Shown piece by piece: positions 56,381 to 63,861 of a DNA stretch of 64,000 nucleotides (position 1 is its first letter; each line of letters opens with the position of its first letter). Both the position numbers and the translations under genes were made by a program. The notes under the pieces are model-generated. The model saw only the letters and a list, made by a program, of their open reading frames with translations, was not told the DNA's origin and ran no database searches. The stretch lies in sequence record PV611675.1; one strand, given 5' to 3'. Origin of the DNA: Acinetobacter phage vB_AbaM_14/CRR8.

Positions 56381-57058
56381 ATGGATTTTACAGGTGGACA
56401 AATAGCATTTATAGTACTGTTTTCTTTTTCAATATTCTTACTTCTTGTTTGGCATGACAAGTATCGGAGGAAGAAGTTATCTGAAATTGAGCAGACAACA
56501 TGGGAGCCTTGGATGGAGTACGATAATGGTACTCCAGATGGTGATGACAGTGAAGATGTATACTATTCACTCCGTGAGAAATTTGTTGAAAACTATCAGT
56601 GGGCAAGTAAAATATTTGGTGTGCATTGGTGTCTTATTGGAAATGATGCTGTAGATACCATATTACATGACCGTGAGAAATTTAACTACAAGGCTTGTTA
56701 CTATATCTTCAGATGGCCTCAACACCTCCCAACGTGTTTTAGGATTTCAGAATTTACACACAAAGTTACGGATGATGCTAAATCTACGTATGCTTGTAGA
56801 GGTGCTGAACTCTTCATGAAGGAGTTTAATGAAAAGGTTGATAGGTTAAGAACTTATGCTGAAGATAACAGGTTGTCAATCAAATATGGTTTAGATGACG
56901 AGTTCCCAGTAGAAGCTATTGTAAATTGTATTAGAGAGTGTACTATTAACAGTAAGCATACATACGATACCTGTTTTAAAGTTCATTCGGAATTATTACC
57001 AAAACTTTTGAGGAAAGAGAAGTGGAAGAAAATAGTGAACGGTTCGGAATGGGATTGA
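56381..57058 (+). CDS. membrane-anchored protein
   Basis: N-terminal TM helix then basic stretch and soluble Cys-containing domain. Confidence 0.35.
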   Translation: MDFTGGQIAFIVLFSFSIFLLLVWHDKYRRKKLSEIEQTTWEPWMEYDNGTPDGDDSEDVYYSLREKFVENYQWASKIFGVHWCLIGNDAVDTILHDREKFNYKACYYIFRWPQHLPTCFRISEFTHKVTDDAKSTYACRGAELFMKEFNEKVDRLRTYAEDNRLSIKYGLDDEFPVEAIVNCIRECTINSKHTYDTCFKVHSELLPKLLRKEKWKKIVNGSEWD

Positions 57059-58083
57059 GTTTAAGTAAAGGTCCCTTATCTTCGGAAGAGAATTACTCGG
57101 AGCGTATTAGGAGAAGTCGTGAAAGGTTGAGAGATTCTGTGGCTGCATCTGATGAGTATCTGATGTGGCGTGGTGATGGTAGAGGAGCACAAGCCATTAA
57201 CGCATTTGCAACTAAGGTGTTTAGTCAAGAACTAAATATTAAGGAAACTGCTGATGCGATAACTAAACTACAAAGGGATATGACAGAGAGACCTGCACCT
57301 ATACCACACCGAAACAGATATAAAGCTATACTTGCAGATAAACCATATGTGATGTATTTGCAAGGTTGTAAGTATGTAGTTCATCCAAATTTCATGCCTT
57401 ACAATGATTTAAGTTGCATTGATGATTTAAGCCTTGCTGCTGTACTTAGGGTATATGACAAGTATACAAACATCAAGCTTCAAGACTATGAAAGCATTGT
57501 CCCAGTAAAATTGGAAGTCTTAGATAAAACTATACTTGTTTGGGATAAGAGAGCTGATGTAGATAAGCTTGATATTTTCAAGCAAGTGATGGAGTTTAGT
57601 GATGACGACTTCGATACTTATGCAAAAAGGAAAGGTTGGAGGACACATCGTGATGATCGTGGTAAGATTATAGCCTTATCTAAACCTGATCCAGTTCGTG
57701 TTGGATTTCCTAGAAGATCGGGAATGTTTATGCATGGAATGATGGAGGACTGGGAAGATGATGTTGAGGAAGATATTGATGAGTGCTGGGAGTTTGAAAA
57801 TGAGGAATCGAAGGAGTATTCAGATTCGTACTCTGAAAGCAATGATGAACATCTTCTCCAAAAAATATATGAAAGGAAACTCGAAACTAGGTCAAAGAGA
57901 ATACCTCCATATTTGAAGGATGAGAGTATCGATATGTCTATGGCCGAAGCAATGAAGGCTAAACGTGATGGTAGGTTTGATGTTCGGACATTGTGTAATG
58001 GTACAACTATAAAGGTTGGTGAGCCAAAACTTTCAATGTCTGAAGAGATTGAACAGAGATTAATTGAAAAATATTTAACATAG
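57022..58083 (+). CDS. hypothetical protein
   Basis: 353-aa ORF, acidic regions. Confidence 0.35.
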   Translation: MEENSERFGMGLSLSKGPLSSEENYSERIRRSRERLRDSVAASDEYLMWRGDGRGAQAINAFATKVFSQELNIKETADAITKLQRDMTERPAPIPHRNRYKAILADKPYVMYLQGCKYVVHPNFMPYNDLSCIDDLSLAAVLRVYDKYTNIKLQDYESIVPVKLEVLDKTILVWDKRADVDKLDIFKQVMEFSDDDFDTYAKRKGWRTHRDDRGKIIALSKPDPVRVGFPRRSGMFMHGMMEDWEDDVEEDIDECWEFENEESKEYSDSYSESNDEHLLQKIYERKLETRSKRIPPYLKDESIDMSMAEAMKAKRDGRFDVRTLCNGTTIKVGEPKLSMSEEIEQRLIEKYLT

Positions 58084-58086
58084 TTG

Positions 58087-58115
58087 TTGACAGTATTTTA
58101 AATTGTTTATATACT
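58087..58115 (+). promoter_or_regulatory. sigma70-like promoter
   Basis: TTGACA, 17 bp, TATACT, upstream of the PspA-like gene. Confidence 0.45.
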
Positions 58116-58143
58116 GACTGCATAACTTAAGAGGAGATACAAA

Positions 58144-58842
58144 ATGTCAAACTGGTTCTTAAAATTATTCACTATCGGTGTTAACAAGGTTAATGAAGCT
58201 GGTGAAAAAGCTGTAGAGAATTACATTGATATTCAGCGTGAAGGTAAAGCTGTGGTGGCAAATAAACGCAAAGCAATTGAACAGCGTAATGCTAAGGTTG
58301 TGAAGTCTCAGACATTCATCAAGCTTAAACAACAAGAGATTGAAGGTAAGAAGGCATCTCTTGATAAGATGAATCTTATTGCAGAGAAAGCTTTAGCTGC
58401 TGGTGAAGAGGCTGATGCACGTCAAGCTTTGGTACAGGCAGAACGATTGGAAGATGATATTACTGTTCTACAGGGTATTGTCGATGAGTTGCAACCTATT
58501 GTAGATGATTCAATCCAACAGATTGAAGAATACAAAATTGAAATTTCTCGAATTGAAAGTGAGATTGAGCGACTTGACCATATTTACGAAAGTATTAAAT
58601 ATCGTGAAGAGTTAGAGGGTGGCAACTTTGGTGCTGGTGGTGCATTCGATATGGATTCATTACGTAATCTTGTTAATAAAGCTAAAGCAACTTCTGAAGC
58701 TAAGGCTGAGATTAAAGAGAAGACTGGTGGAAACTTGGAGAAGAAATACAACAACATTAAGTCTGAATCTAAAGTTGATTCTCGCTTAGAAGAGCTTAAA
58801 CAAAAATTAGCTGCTGATAAACCAGCTAAGAAAAAAGCTTAA
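58144..58842 (+). CDS. PspA/IM30 (phage shock protein A / Vipp1)-like coiled-coil protein
   Basis: N-terminal amphipathic helix, long heptad-repeat coiled coil, length and architecture collinear with PspA. Confidence 0.45.
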   Translation: MSNWFLKLFTIGVNKVNEAGEKAVENYIDIQREGKAVVANKRKAIEQRNAKVVKSQTFIKLKQQEIEGKKASLDKMNLIAEKALAAGEEADARQALVQAERLEDDITVLQGIVDELQPIVDDSIQQIEEYKIEISRIESEIERLDHIYESIKYREELEGGNFGAGGAFDMDSLRNLVNKAKATSEAKAEIKEKTGGNLEKKYNNIKSESKVDSRLEELKQKLAADKPAKKKA

Positions 58843-58853
58843 TAATATGGAAG

Positions 58854-58885
58854 GGTGGCATCGAAAGGTGTTGCCCTTTTTGTTT
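58854..58885 (+). terminator. rho-independent terminator (GAAA tetraloop family)
   Basis: GGGTGGCATC-GAAA-GGTGTTGCCC then T5gTTT. Confidence 0.5.
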
Positions 58886-58929
58886 GTCTGTAGTAAACTT
58901 AATTCATCAAATAACAGAGGTATGTTGAT

Positions 58930-59394
58930 GTGAGTAAGTGTCAAGAAATTGTAAATCATTTTGGTGGTACGGTTGAGGCTTTTAAGGCTTTAATGCAAAT
59001 GCATCGTATAGGGTTCTCTCGTAACTACGATTACGTGGATGGAGAGTTGGTTATATGTGATATCCATTCCCATGAGGGATACTTCCCCAGTGAGCTTGAA
59101 TTAGCGCTAGAGGAATGTTTGACTAAACAAGTACTATCACACAGAAAACCTCACCACGTTGAATATACGAGCGCTAGTGAGCCTCCAGAGGTATTCCATA
59201 AGCAGCTTAGGGTTAATGGATTTAATACTTCAATGAAGACTGATAAACTGATACTTAAGTATGAGTATAAAGGTGAAATAGCTTATGCTACAGGACATAT
59301 GCTTCGTTATATGTATGACAGACCAGATGAATTTAGACTTGACGGGCATGGTGGAGACTGGCATAATACTGTAGTTGGTTGGGCTTATTGTTGA
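58930..59394 (+). CDS. hypothetical His/Cys-containing protein
   Basis: GTG start. Confidence 0.35.
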   Translation: MSKCQEIVNHFGGTVEAFKALMQMHRIGFSRNYDYVDGELVICDIHSHEGYFPSELELALEECLTKQVLSHRKPHHVEYTSASEPPEVFHKQLRVNGFNTSMKTDKLILKYEYKGEIAYATGHMLRYMYDRPDEFRLDGHGGDWHNTVVGWAYC

Positions 59395-59402
59395 GGTGAT
59401 GT

Positions 59403-59579
59403 ATGGGATCATTCTGGGGTGATAGGTTGATGGCTTTAACGTTTATCATCCTAGTATCTTTTATCATGGCTAAGTGTACAGCTCATGAAGTGGACCAGAA
59501 ACGTAAAGAGGTTTGTGTCATGGGTAAGAAAACGTTTATATATAAGGGTAATGAGTACCGTTGTGGAGGATTTAAATGA
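59403..59579 (+). CDS. small membrane protein
   Basis: 58 aa, one TM helix, ATG after GAGGTG, ATGA overlap downstream; below track cutoff. Confidence 0.3.
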   Translation: MGSFWGDRLMALTFIILVSFIMAKCTAHEVDQKRKEVCVMGKKTFIYKGNEYRCGGFK

Positions 59580-59812
59580 AATTATTTTTAGTGGTAAATG
59601 AGAGAGCTGGTGAATGTATTGGCTTTGATAACTTAGCTGATGCACAACATGCAGCAACAGGTAAAAACTTTAACCTTGAACAACGACAGGGTTGGCACAG
59701 TGTTTTAGGTTCTGAATACCGTGAAAGTATTATTGAGGATGAAGATGAGCAATTCCGTATTGCTGAAGTTGAAATTGATTTGGCTACATTAAAGAATGCA
59801 GAGGATTTCTAG
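59576..59812 (+). CDS. hypothetical acidic protein
   Basis: 78-aa ORF. Confidence 0.3.
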   Translation: MKLFLVVNERAGECIGFDNLADAQHAATGKNFNLEQRQGWHSVLGSEYRESIIEDEDEQFRIAEVEIDLATLKNAEDF

Positions 59813-60190
59813 ATGGAAAGAATACCTAGAGACTGGAAAGAAGCATCGGAACACTTTAGAGCTATAAGTTCTTTTAAACGTGGCACAAATCGAAGCACTA
59901 GAATGCTTTGTCAGGCTCTATTGCATGTGTCAAACAAGTTCTCTGGCAATCGTTCTGTAGTGGTTGCTTTACATGAGGATCACAAGAATCAATTAGAGGG
60001 TAGGGCTAGGGAATTATTCTCTAAAGAGATGCTTAAGAGTATTGGATTCATGACTTACCAGAAGTACAAGGACTCTAATCGAGAAGGTGAAGTTATAGGG
60101 TTAAAATATTTTATCGATCCTGCTTGTCTTGAAGATGAAATTGCTGTACTATTGAAAAAGTGGGAACAGTATGATGACCCAAGAGATTAA
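59813..60190 (+). CDS. hypothetical protein
   Basis: 125-aa ORF. Confidence 0.35.
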   Translation: MERIPRDWKEASEHFRAISSFKRGTNRSTRMLCQALLHVSNKFSGNRSVVVALHEDHKNQLEGRARELFSKEMLKSIGFMTYQKYKDSNREGEVIGLKYFIDPACLEDEIAVLLKKWEQYDDPRD

Positions 60191-60205
60191 TTAACGGAGA
60201 CTATT

Positions 60206-60703
60206 ATGTCACACTTTGGTATAGACCCAAGAGCAGCTAAAGATTTTTGGAGTACTGATCCTCTGAAAGTAAATCAAGAGATGCTTGAGAGTAAGACAAT
60301 GGCACTTTGTGAAAAGTTTTTGCATGACATGTTGCTACATGATGCATACTTTTATGGACTATTTAATGCTGGTCCAGATAGTGAAGAGTACCTGAATGCT
60401 TTTGCAGATATAAAAGGGATTGCACGTAAGTATCCTGTACTCTTCGTAGAGCCAAAGAAGATGACAGATGTTGGAACTATAGGGTTTCCATTAGAACCTA
60501 GCTTAAACGAGCTTACACAGTCAATTAGAGGTGGTATTGCTAAGGATGAGATGTGTGTGGTAGTTGGTAGACCTACAAGTGCATCTGCTATACGTCCTGA
60601 AGTGTTGGAGTTTTATAAGAGTCGTCGTAATAATCCTGTATTGCATGTAGCCCTTGAAGATACTAAACCTTATCTAGTTGAAAGGTACTTAGGAACTTCA
60701 TAA
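60206..60703 (+). CDS. hypothetical protein
   Basis: 165-aa ORF with GGAGAC RBS. Confidence 0.35.
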   Translation: MSHFGIDPRAAKDFWSTDPLKVNQEMLESKTMALCEKFLHDMLLHDAYFYGLFNAGPDSEEYLNAFADIKGIARKYPVLFVEPKKMTDVGTIGFPLEPSLNELTQSIRGGIAKDEMCVVVGRPTSASAIRPEVLEFYKSRRNNPVLHVALEDTKPYLVERYLGTS

Positions 60704-60724
60704 AATAATCTTGGAGATTTTGAA

Positions 60725-60892
60725 ATGAGTTATGACATTCATCGTAAAGCTGCTGCTATTATGTTTGGCATACCAGAGAGTATGGTGACAGACAAGCAAC
60801 GTAAGGTTGGTAAGGCATACAATACAGCTAGACAGTACAAGGCCAGTCATTCCACTGCCATGCATCTAGCATTAAAGGAGAAGGGAGCTTAG
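60725..60892 (+). CDS. hypothetical small protein
   Basis: 55-aa ORF with GGAGA RBS, ends in the terminator. Confidence 0.25.
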   Translation: MSYDIHRKAAAIMFGIPESMVTDKQRKVGKAYNTARQYKASHSTAMHLALKEKGA

Positions 60893-60906
60893 GCTCTCTT
60901 TTTTAT
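60872..60906 (+). terminator. rho-independent terminator (UUAG loop family)
   Basis: AGGGAGC-TTAG-GCTCTCT then T6. Confidence 0.45.
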
Positions 60907-60990
60907 TGTCTAGATATTCCCAGATATATTCAGATATTCCAGCAAAATCAGAAAAAATTTGAAAAGTTTTTGAAAGTTTTTGAAATTTCC
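60905..60990. repeat. short tandem repeats upstream of a promoter
   Basis: CAGATAT(AT)TC twice (60920-60942) and TGAAA(A)GTTTT three times (60958-60988) ending at the -35. Confidence 0.35.
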
Positions 60991-60991
60991 T

Positions 60992-61020
60992 TGACATGTG
61001 TTGTGAGTTGAACTAAAATG
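60992..61020 (+). promoter_or_regulatory. sigma70-like promoter of the ncRNA candidate
   Basis: TTGACA, 17 bp, TAAAAT. Confidence 0.4.
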
Positions 61021-61026
61021 TAATCT

Positions 61027-61250
61027 CTTTATTAAAGGTTACTCCATATTGATTTGAAGATTAACAGGTTTTGCCGAACCTATTGAATAGGAGGATGTTG
61101 TATGTGAGCTTATGTGGTAGATAGGTGTGACACTACGGAAGTTTGATAGACGAAGTGCTATACGATCCCAGCATCTTGATGGAGGTTCATGAAAGTGTCT
61201 AGTGAACTGTGAGAAATTGCCCATGCTTTGTCGTGGGCTTTTTTGTGCCT
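61027..61250 (+). ncRNA. candidate structured non-coding RNA (~220 nt)
   Basis: Bounded by a promoter and a terminator (GCCCA-tgctttgtcg-TGGGC, T6); several internal hairpins (CCTATT-ga-ATAGG; GTTCAT...GTGAAC); no plausible ORF with RBS; less AT-rich than the flanks. Confidence 0.3.
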
Positions 61251-61379
61251 GTCTGTCTGGCCTGAAAAAATTTTTAGAGGGCATGATGACTTTTGAAAAT
61301 TTGAGTGGGATTACAGGAATATCCATTTTTACAACTTGGGTTAAATCTGATCACTTTGGAATTTTAAGAAACTGAAAAG

Positions 61380-61460
61380 TTAGAGATTGTCAATAGGTAT
61401 TAACAAAAAATATTGATTTATTTTTATTGACTTTGATTTTTATTTACTGTATTCGCATGC
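61380..61460. repeat. AT-rich repeat tract followed by a GC-rich island
   Basis: TCAATA...TATTGA inverted repeat, TTGAYTT direct repeats, then GCATGCGCCCGC (61456-61467). Confidence 0.3.
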
Positions 61461-61660
61461 GCCCGCTCTTTATAAACGTGGCGTTATTTCGTTGTGGTTG
61501 TAGTATGAAAGGTATGTAAGAACATTCCAAATGATTATTTAGAACTATAAATTTATCTATTTCATACACTTATAAAATTTATATAAAATTTTCTTGCATT
61601 TATTTTTAGATTGTTTACTATGTGCTTATCGAAACGAAACAAGCCTAGAAAGGTGATGAG

Positions 61661-62260
61661 ATGGAACAAATTACATTAGATTTATTTAGCTTTGAAGAAC
61701 TCTCTAATGAAGCTCAACAAGTGGCAATTGAAGCAGTCCGTAACAGTGAATATTATTTATCTCATGATTGGTATGATTCTACAAAAGAAGATTTTCACCA
61801 AATCTTAAACATTATCGGCTTTTATGATGTTAAGAGTCAATTTTCTGGTTTTAATTCTCAAGGTGATGGGGCGAGTTTTTCAGCTAACTACCGTTATCAA
61901 ACAGAATGTTTAACTAATGTTAAAATCCATGCACCAAATGATAATGAGTTGCATGATATTGTAAGCGGTATCGTTAAGATCATGAGACGTTATTTCTATC
62001 GTCTTGAGTGTGAAATTTACACACAAGGTTATTACTGCCATTCTAACACGATGAATTTTAATTGGTCGTATAATGATAGATATGATTGCAATATTAGTGA
62101 TGAAGACGAAAGTATCTTGAATCAATTGTTCCGAGACTTGGCAGATTGGTATTATGAAAAGCTTAATAAAGAATATGATTACCTTATGAGTGATGAAGGT
62201 ATCACGGGGCATATTATAGCAAATGAGTGCAAATATACAGTTGATGGGAAGGAGTTTTGA
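61661..62260 (+). CDS. hypothetical early protein
   Basis: 199-aa ORF with AAAGGTGATGAG RBS after the long non-coding region. Confidence 0.4.
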   Translation: MEQITLDLFSFEELSNEAQQVAIEAVRNSEYYLSHDWYDSTKEDFHQILNIIGFYDVKSQFSGFNSQGDGASFSANYRYQTECLTNVKIHAPNDNELHDIVSGIVKIMRRYFYRLECEIYTQGYYCHSNTMNFNWSYNDRYDCNISDEDESILNQLFRDLADWYYEKLNKEYDYLMSDEGITGHIIANECKYTVDGKEF

Positions 62261-62262
62261 TT

Positions 62263-62403
62263 ATGAAAACTTACTTAATAACATTTGATGGCGGTTATGC
62301 ATTTATGAATGCAAAAAATAAAAAGACTGCTAAAGAAAAGTTTATTGAAAAGTGTGTTCGTGAAAGTAATTTCACTCCTGAAAATGTTGTGGTAGTTTAT
62401 TAA
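62263..62403 (+). CDS. small hypothetical protein
   Basis: 46-aa ORF, GGAG RBS. Confidence 0.25.
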   Translation: MKTYLITFDGGYAFMNAKNKKTAKEKFIEKCVRESNFTPENVVVVY

Positions 62404-62414
62404 AGGTAAATGAA

Positions 62415-62693
62415 ATGAAAATGTCAACTCAAGAGATTATTGATTTCCTATCTGTAAATCAAAGTGCATGGAAAAAGGTAGCACTAAAAAATATTGAAGA
62501 TATTAGTGCGGTGAATGATGAGCTAGAAGAAAAAGATATCTATACATTGAAACATGATTGTACATTCTATGATGCTTTGAATGACCACAATACACCTTTT
62601 GAAGATGTGTTAAATGATTTCTTTATGTTACATTTAGACATCGAACAAAATAGCAATGATGTGATGATTTGGTTGCAGCGTATTTATGCTTAA
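62415..62693 (+). CDS. hypothetical acidic protein
   Basis: 92-aa ORF. Confidence 0.35.
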   Translation: MKMSTQEIIDFLSVNQSAWKKVALKNIEDISAVNDELEEKDIYTLKHDCTFYDALNDHNTPFEDVLNDFFMLHLDIEQNSNDVMIWLQRIYA

Positions 62694-62705
62694 TGGTGGA
62701 TGAAA

Positions 62706-63035
62706 ATGAGTAAACAGCAATGTATATTTTTTGATGCCTTTTTTAACTTCAAAAAGAAACGTAAAGTTGAAGAGTACACATTAACTATTACTGTGTGGTA
62801 CACTCTTAAAGATCAAATAAGACGTGGTAAATATTGCATCGTCATACATGGCGACAACCCTAGTCGGATGAGTGTAGACGGGGTAAATAAGTTTAAAGAC
62901 TTTATCGACGGCAGAGAGATTACAAAAGGTATTGCTATGTCTAGTGTAAGCTATGACGTGACAAAGTATAGAGGCCATTTGGTGGCAAGTCATGTCAAAG
63001 CACAAAACTTGATTGTAAATGAAAAAGGTAATTGA
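62706..63035 (+). CDS. hypothetical protein
   Basis: ATG after GGTGG. Confidence 0.3.
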   Translation: MSKQQCIFFDAFFNFKKKRKVEEYTLTITVWYTLKDQIRRGKYCIVIHGDNPSRMSVDGVNKFKDFIDGREITKGIAMSSVSYDVTKYRGHLVASHVKAQNLIVNEKGN

Positions 63036-63036
63036 T

Positions 63037-63411
63037 ATGAGTAACTTAAATATTGCAGCACATCCTATAGATGGGGAAAACACATTAATCGTAAACGGTT
63101 ATGAAGTTAAAATCTCGTATGATGATGAATTAGATGCTTTGTTGTATCGTGTGTATTACAATAATGAGCATGTAGAGTCATTTTCATCTATTCAGCAAGC
63201 TTTTGGTTACATCGAAAGTATTGATATAACTTTGTTGCAATGCCCACATTGTAAAAGTTTATTTAGCATGGATGAGGATGGATACCAAATGAATGACATT
63301 TTCGAGATAGTGTTTTGTTCTTTAGAGTGTTCGCATAAACATAATCTTGAACATAAAGATGAGCTATTATCGCAAGGTTATACGGAAAATGATTTAAGTG
63401 AATTGGCATGA
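63037..63411 (+). CDS. hypothetical protein with Cys4 Zn-ribbon-like motif
   Basis: CPHC...CSLEC; ATG after AAGGT. Confidence 0.35.
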   Translation: MSNLNIAAHPIDGENTLIVNGYEVKISYDDELDALLYRVYYNNEHVESFSSIQQAFGYIESIDITLLQCPHCKSLFSMDEDGYQMNDIFEIVFCSLECSHKHNLEHKDELLSQGYTENDLSELA

Positions 63412-63605
63412 TTATAGTTTGTACGTTCAAATCAACAAATGACATTGTTACTCATTCAGTAGCAATATTTAAAGGTGGTAAGATTGTTAAACAAATCCTG
63501 AATATTAAAGAGGATGGATTAAGAACAGTTTTAGCAGCATACAACACACATAAAGATATTTATTATCGAGATGTAAAATCAAAAGCGAGTTTAAAATGGC
63601 GTTAG
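63408..63605 (+). CDS. hypothetical protein
   Basis: 65-aa ORF, ATGA-coupled. Confidence 0.3.
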   Translation: MIIVCTFKSTNDIVTHSVAIFKGGKIVKQILNIKEDGLRTVLAAYNTHKDIYYRDVKSKASLKWR

Positions 63606-63781
63606 ATGTAGAGATTTACAGTAAATACGAACATGATACGGGCCTTATATTATATTCCGACTTCAAGCAAGGTCAGTTTATACAAGGTTACATGGGCGAT
63701 ATTACTTATATCATCGTACTGTGGGATGTTAACGGCATACCTAAAGCCCATTATTCAAAAGAATTTAATATTTAATTTAAA
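63602..63781 (+). CDS. hypothetical small protein
   Basis: 59-aa ORF below track cutoff. Confidence 0.25.
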
Positions 63782-63787
63782 TTAATT

Positions 63788-63816
63788 GTTGACAAGGATT
63801 TTAAATAGGGCCATAA
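63788..63816 (+). promoter_or_regulatory. sigma70-like promoter
   Basis: TTGACA, 17 bp, CATAAT. Confidence 0.45.
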
Positions 63817-63861
63817 TACCCACATAGACAAACAAACAGCTTAAACAAAAGGTAAAGCGAA

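Noticed and set aside
60905-60990. Possible CRISPR-like array
   Set aside because: Repeat units are only 10-11 bp, contiguous without spacers, and no cas genes are present; classified as simple tandem repeats.
61039-61326. 95-aa ORF on the - strand in the non-coding region
   Set aside because: No RBS, odd Pro/Ser/Arg-rich composition, antisense to a promoter/terminator-delimited transcript; the region is better explained as ncRNA/regulatory DNA.
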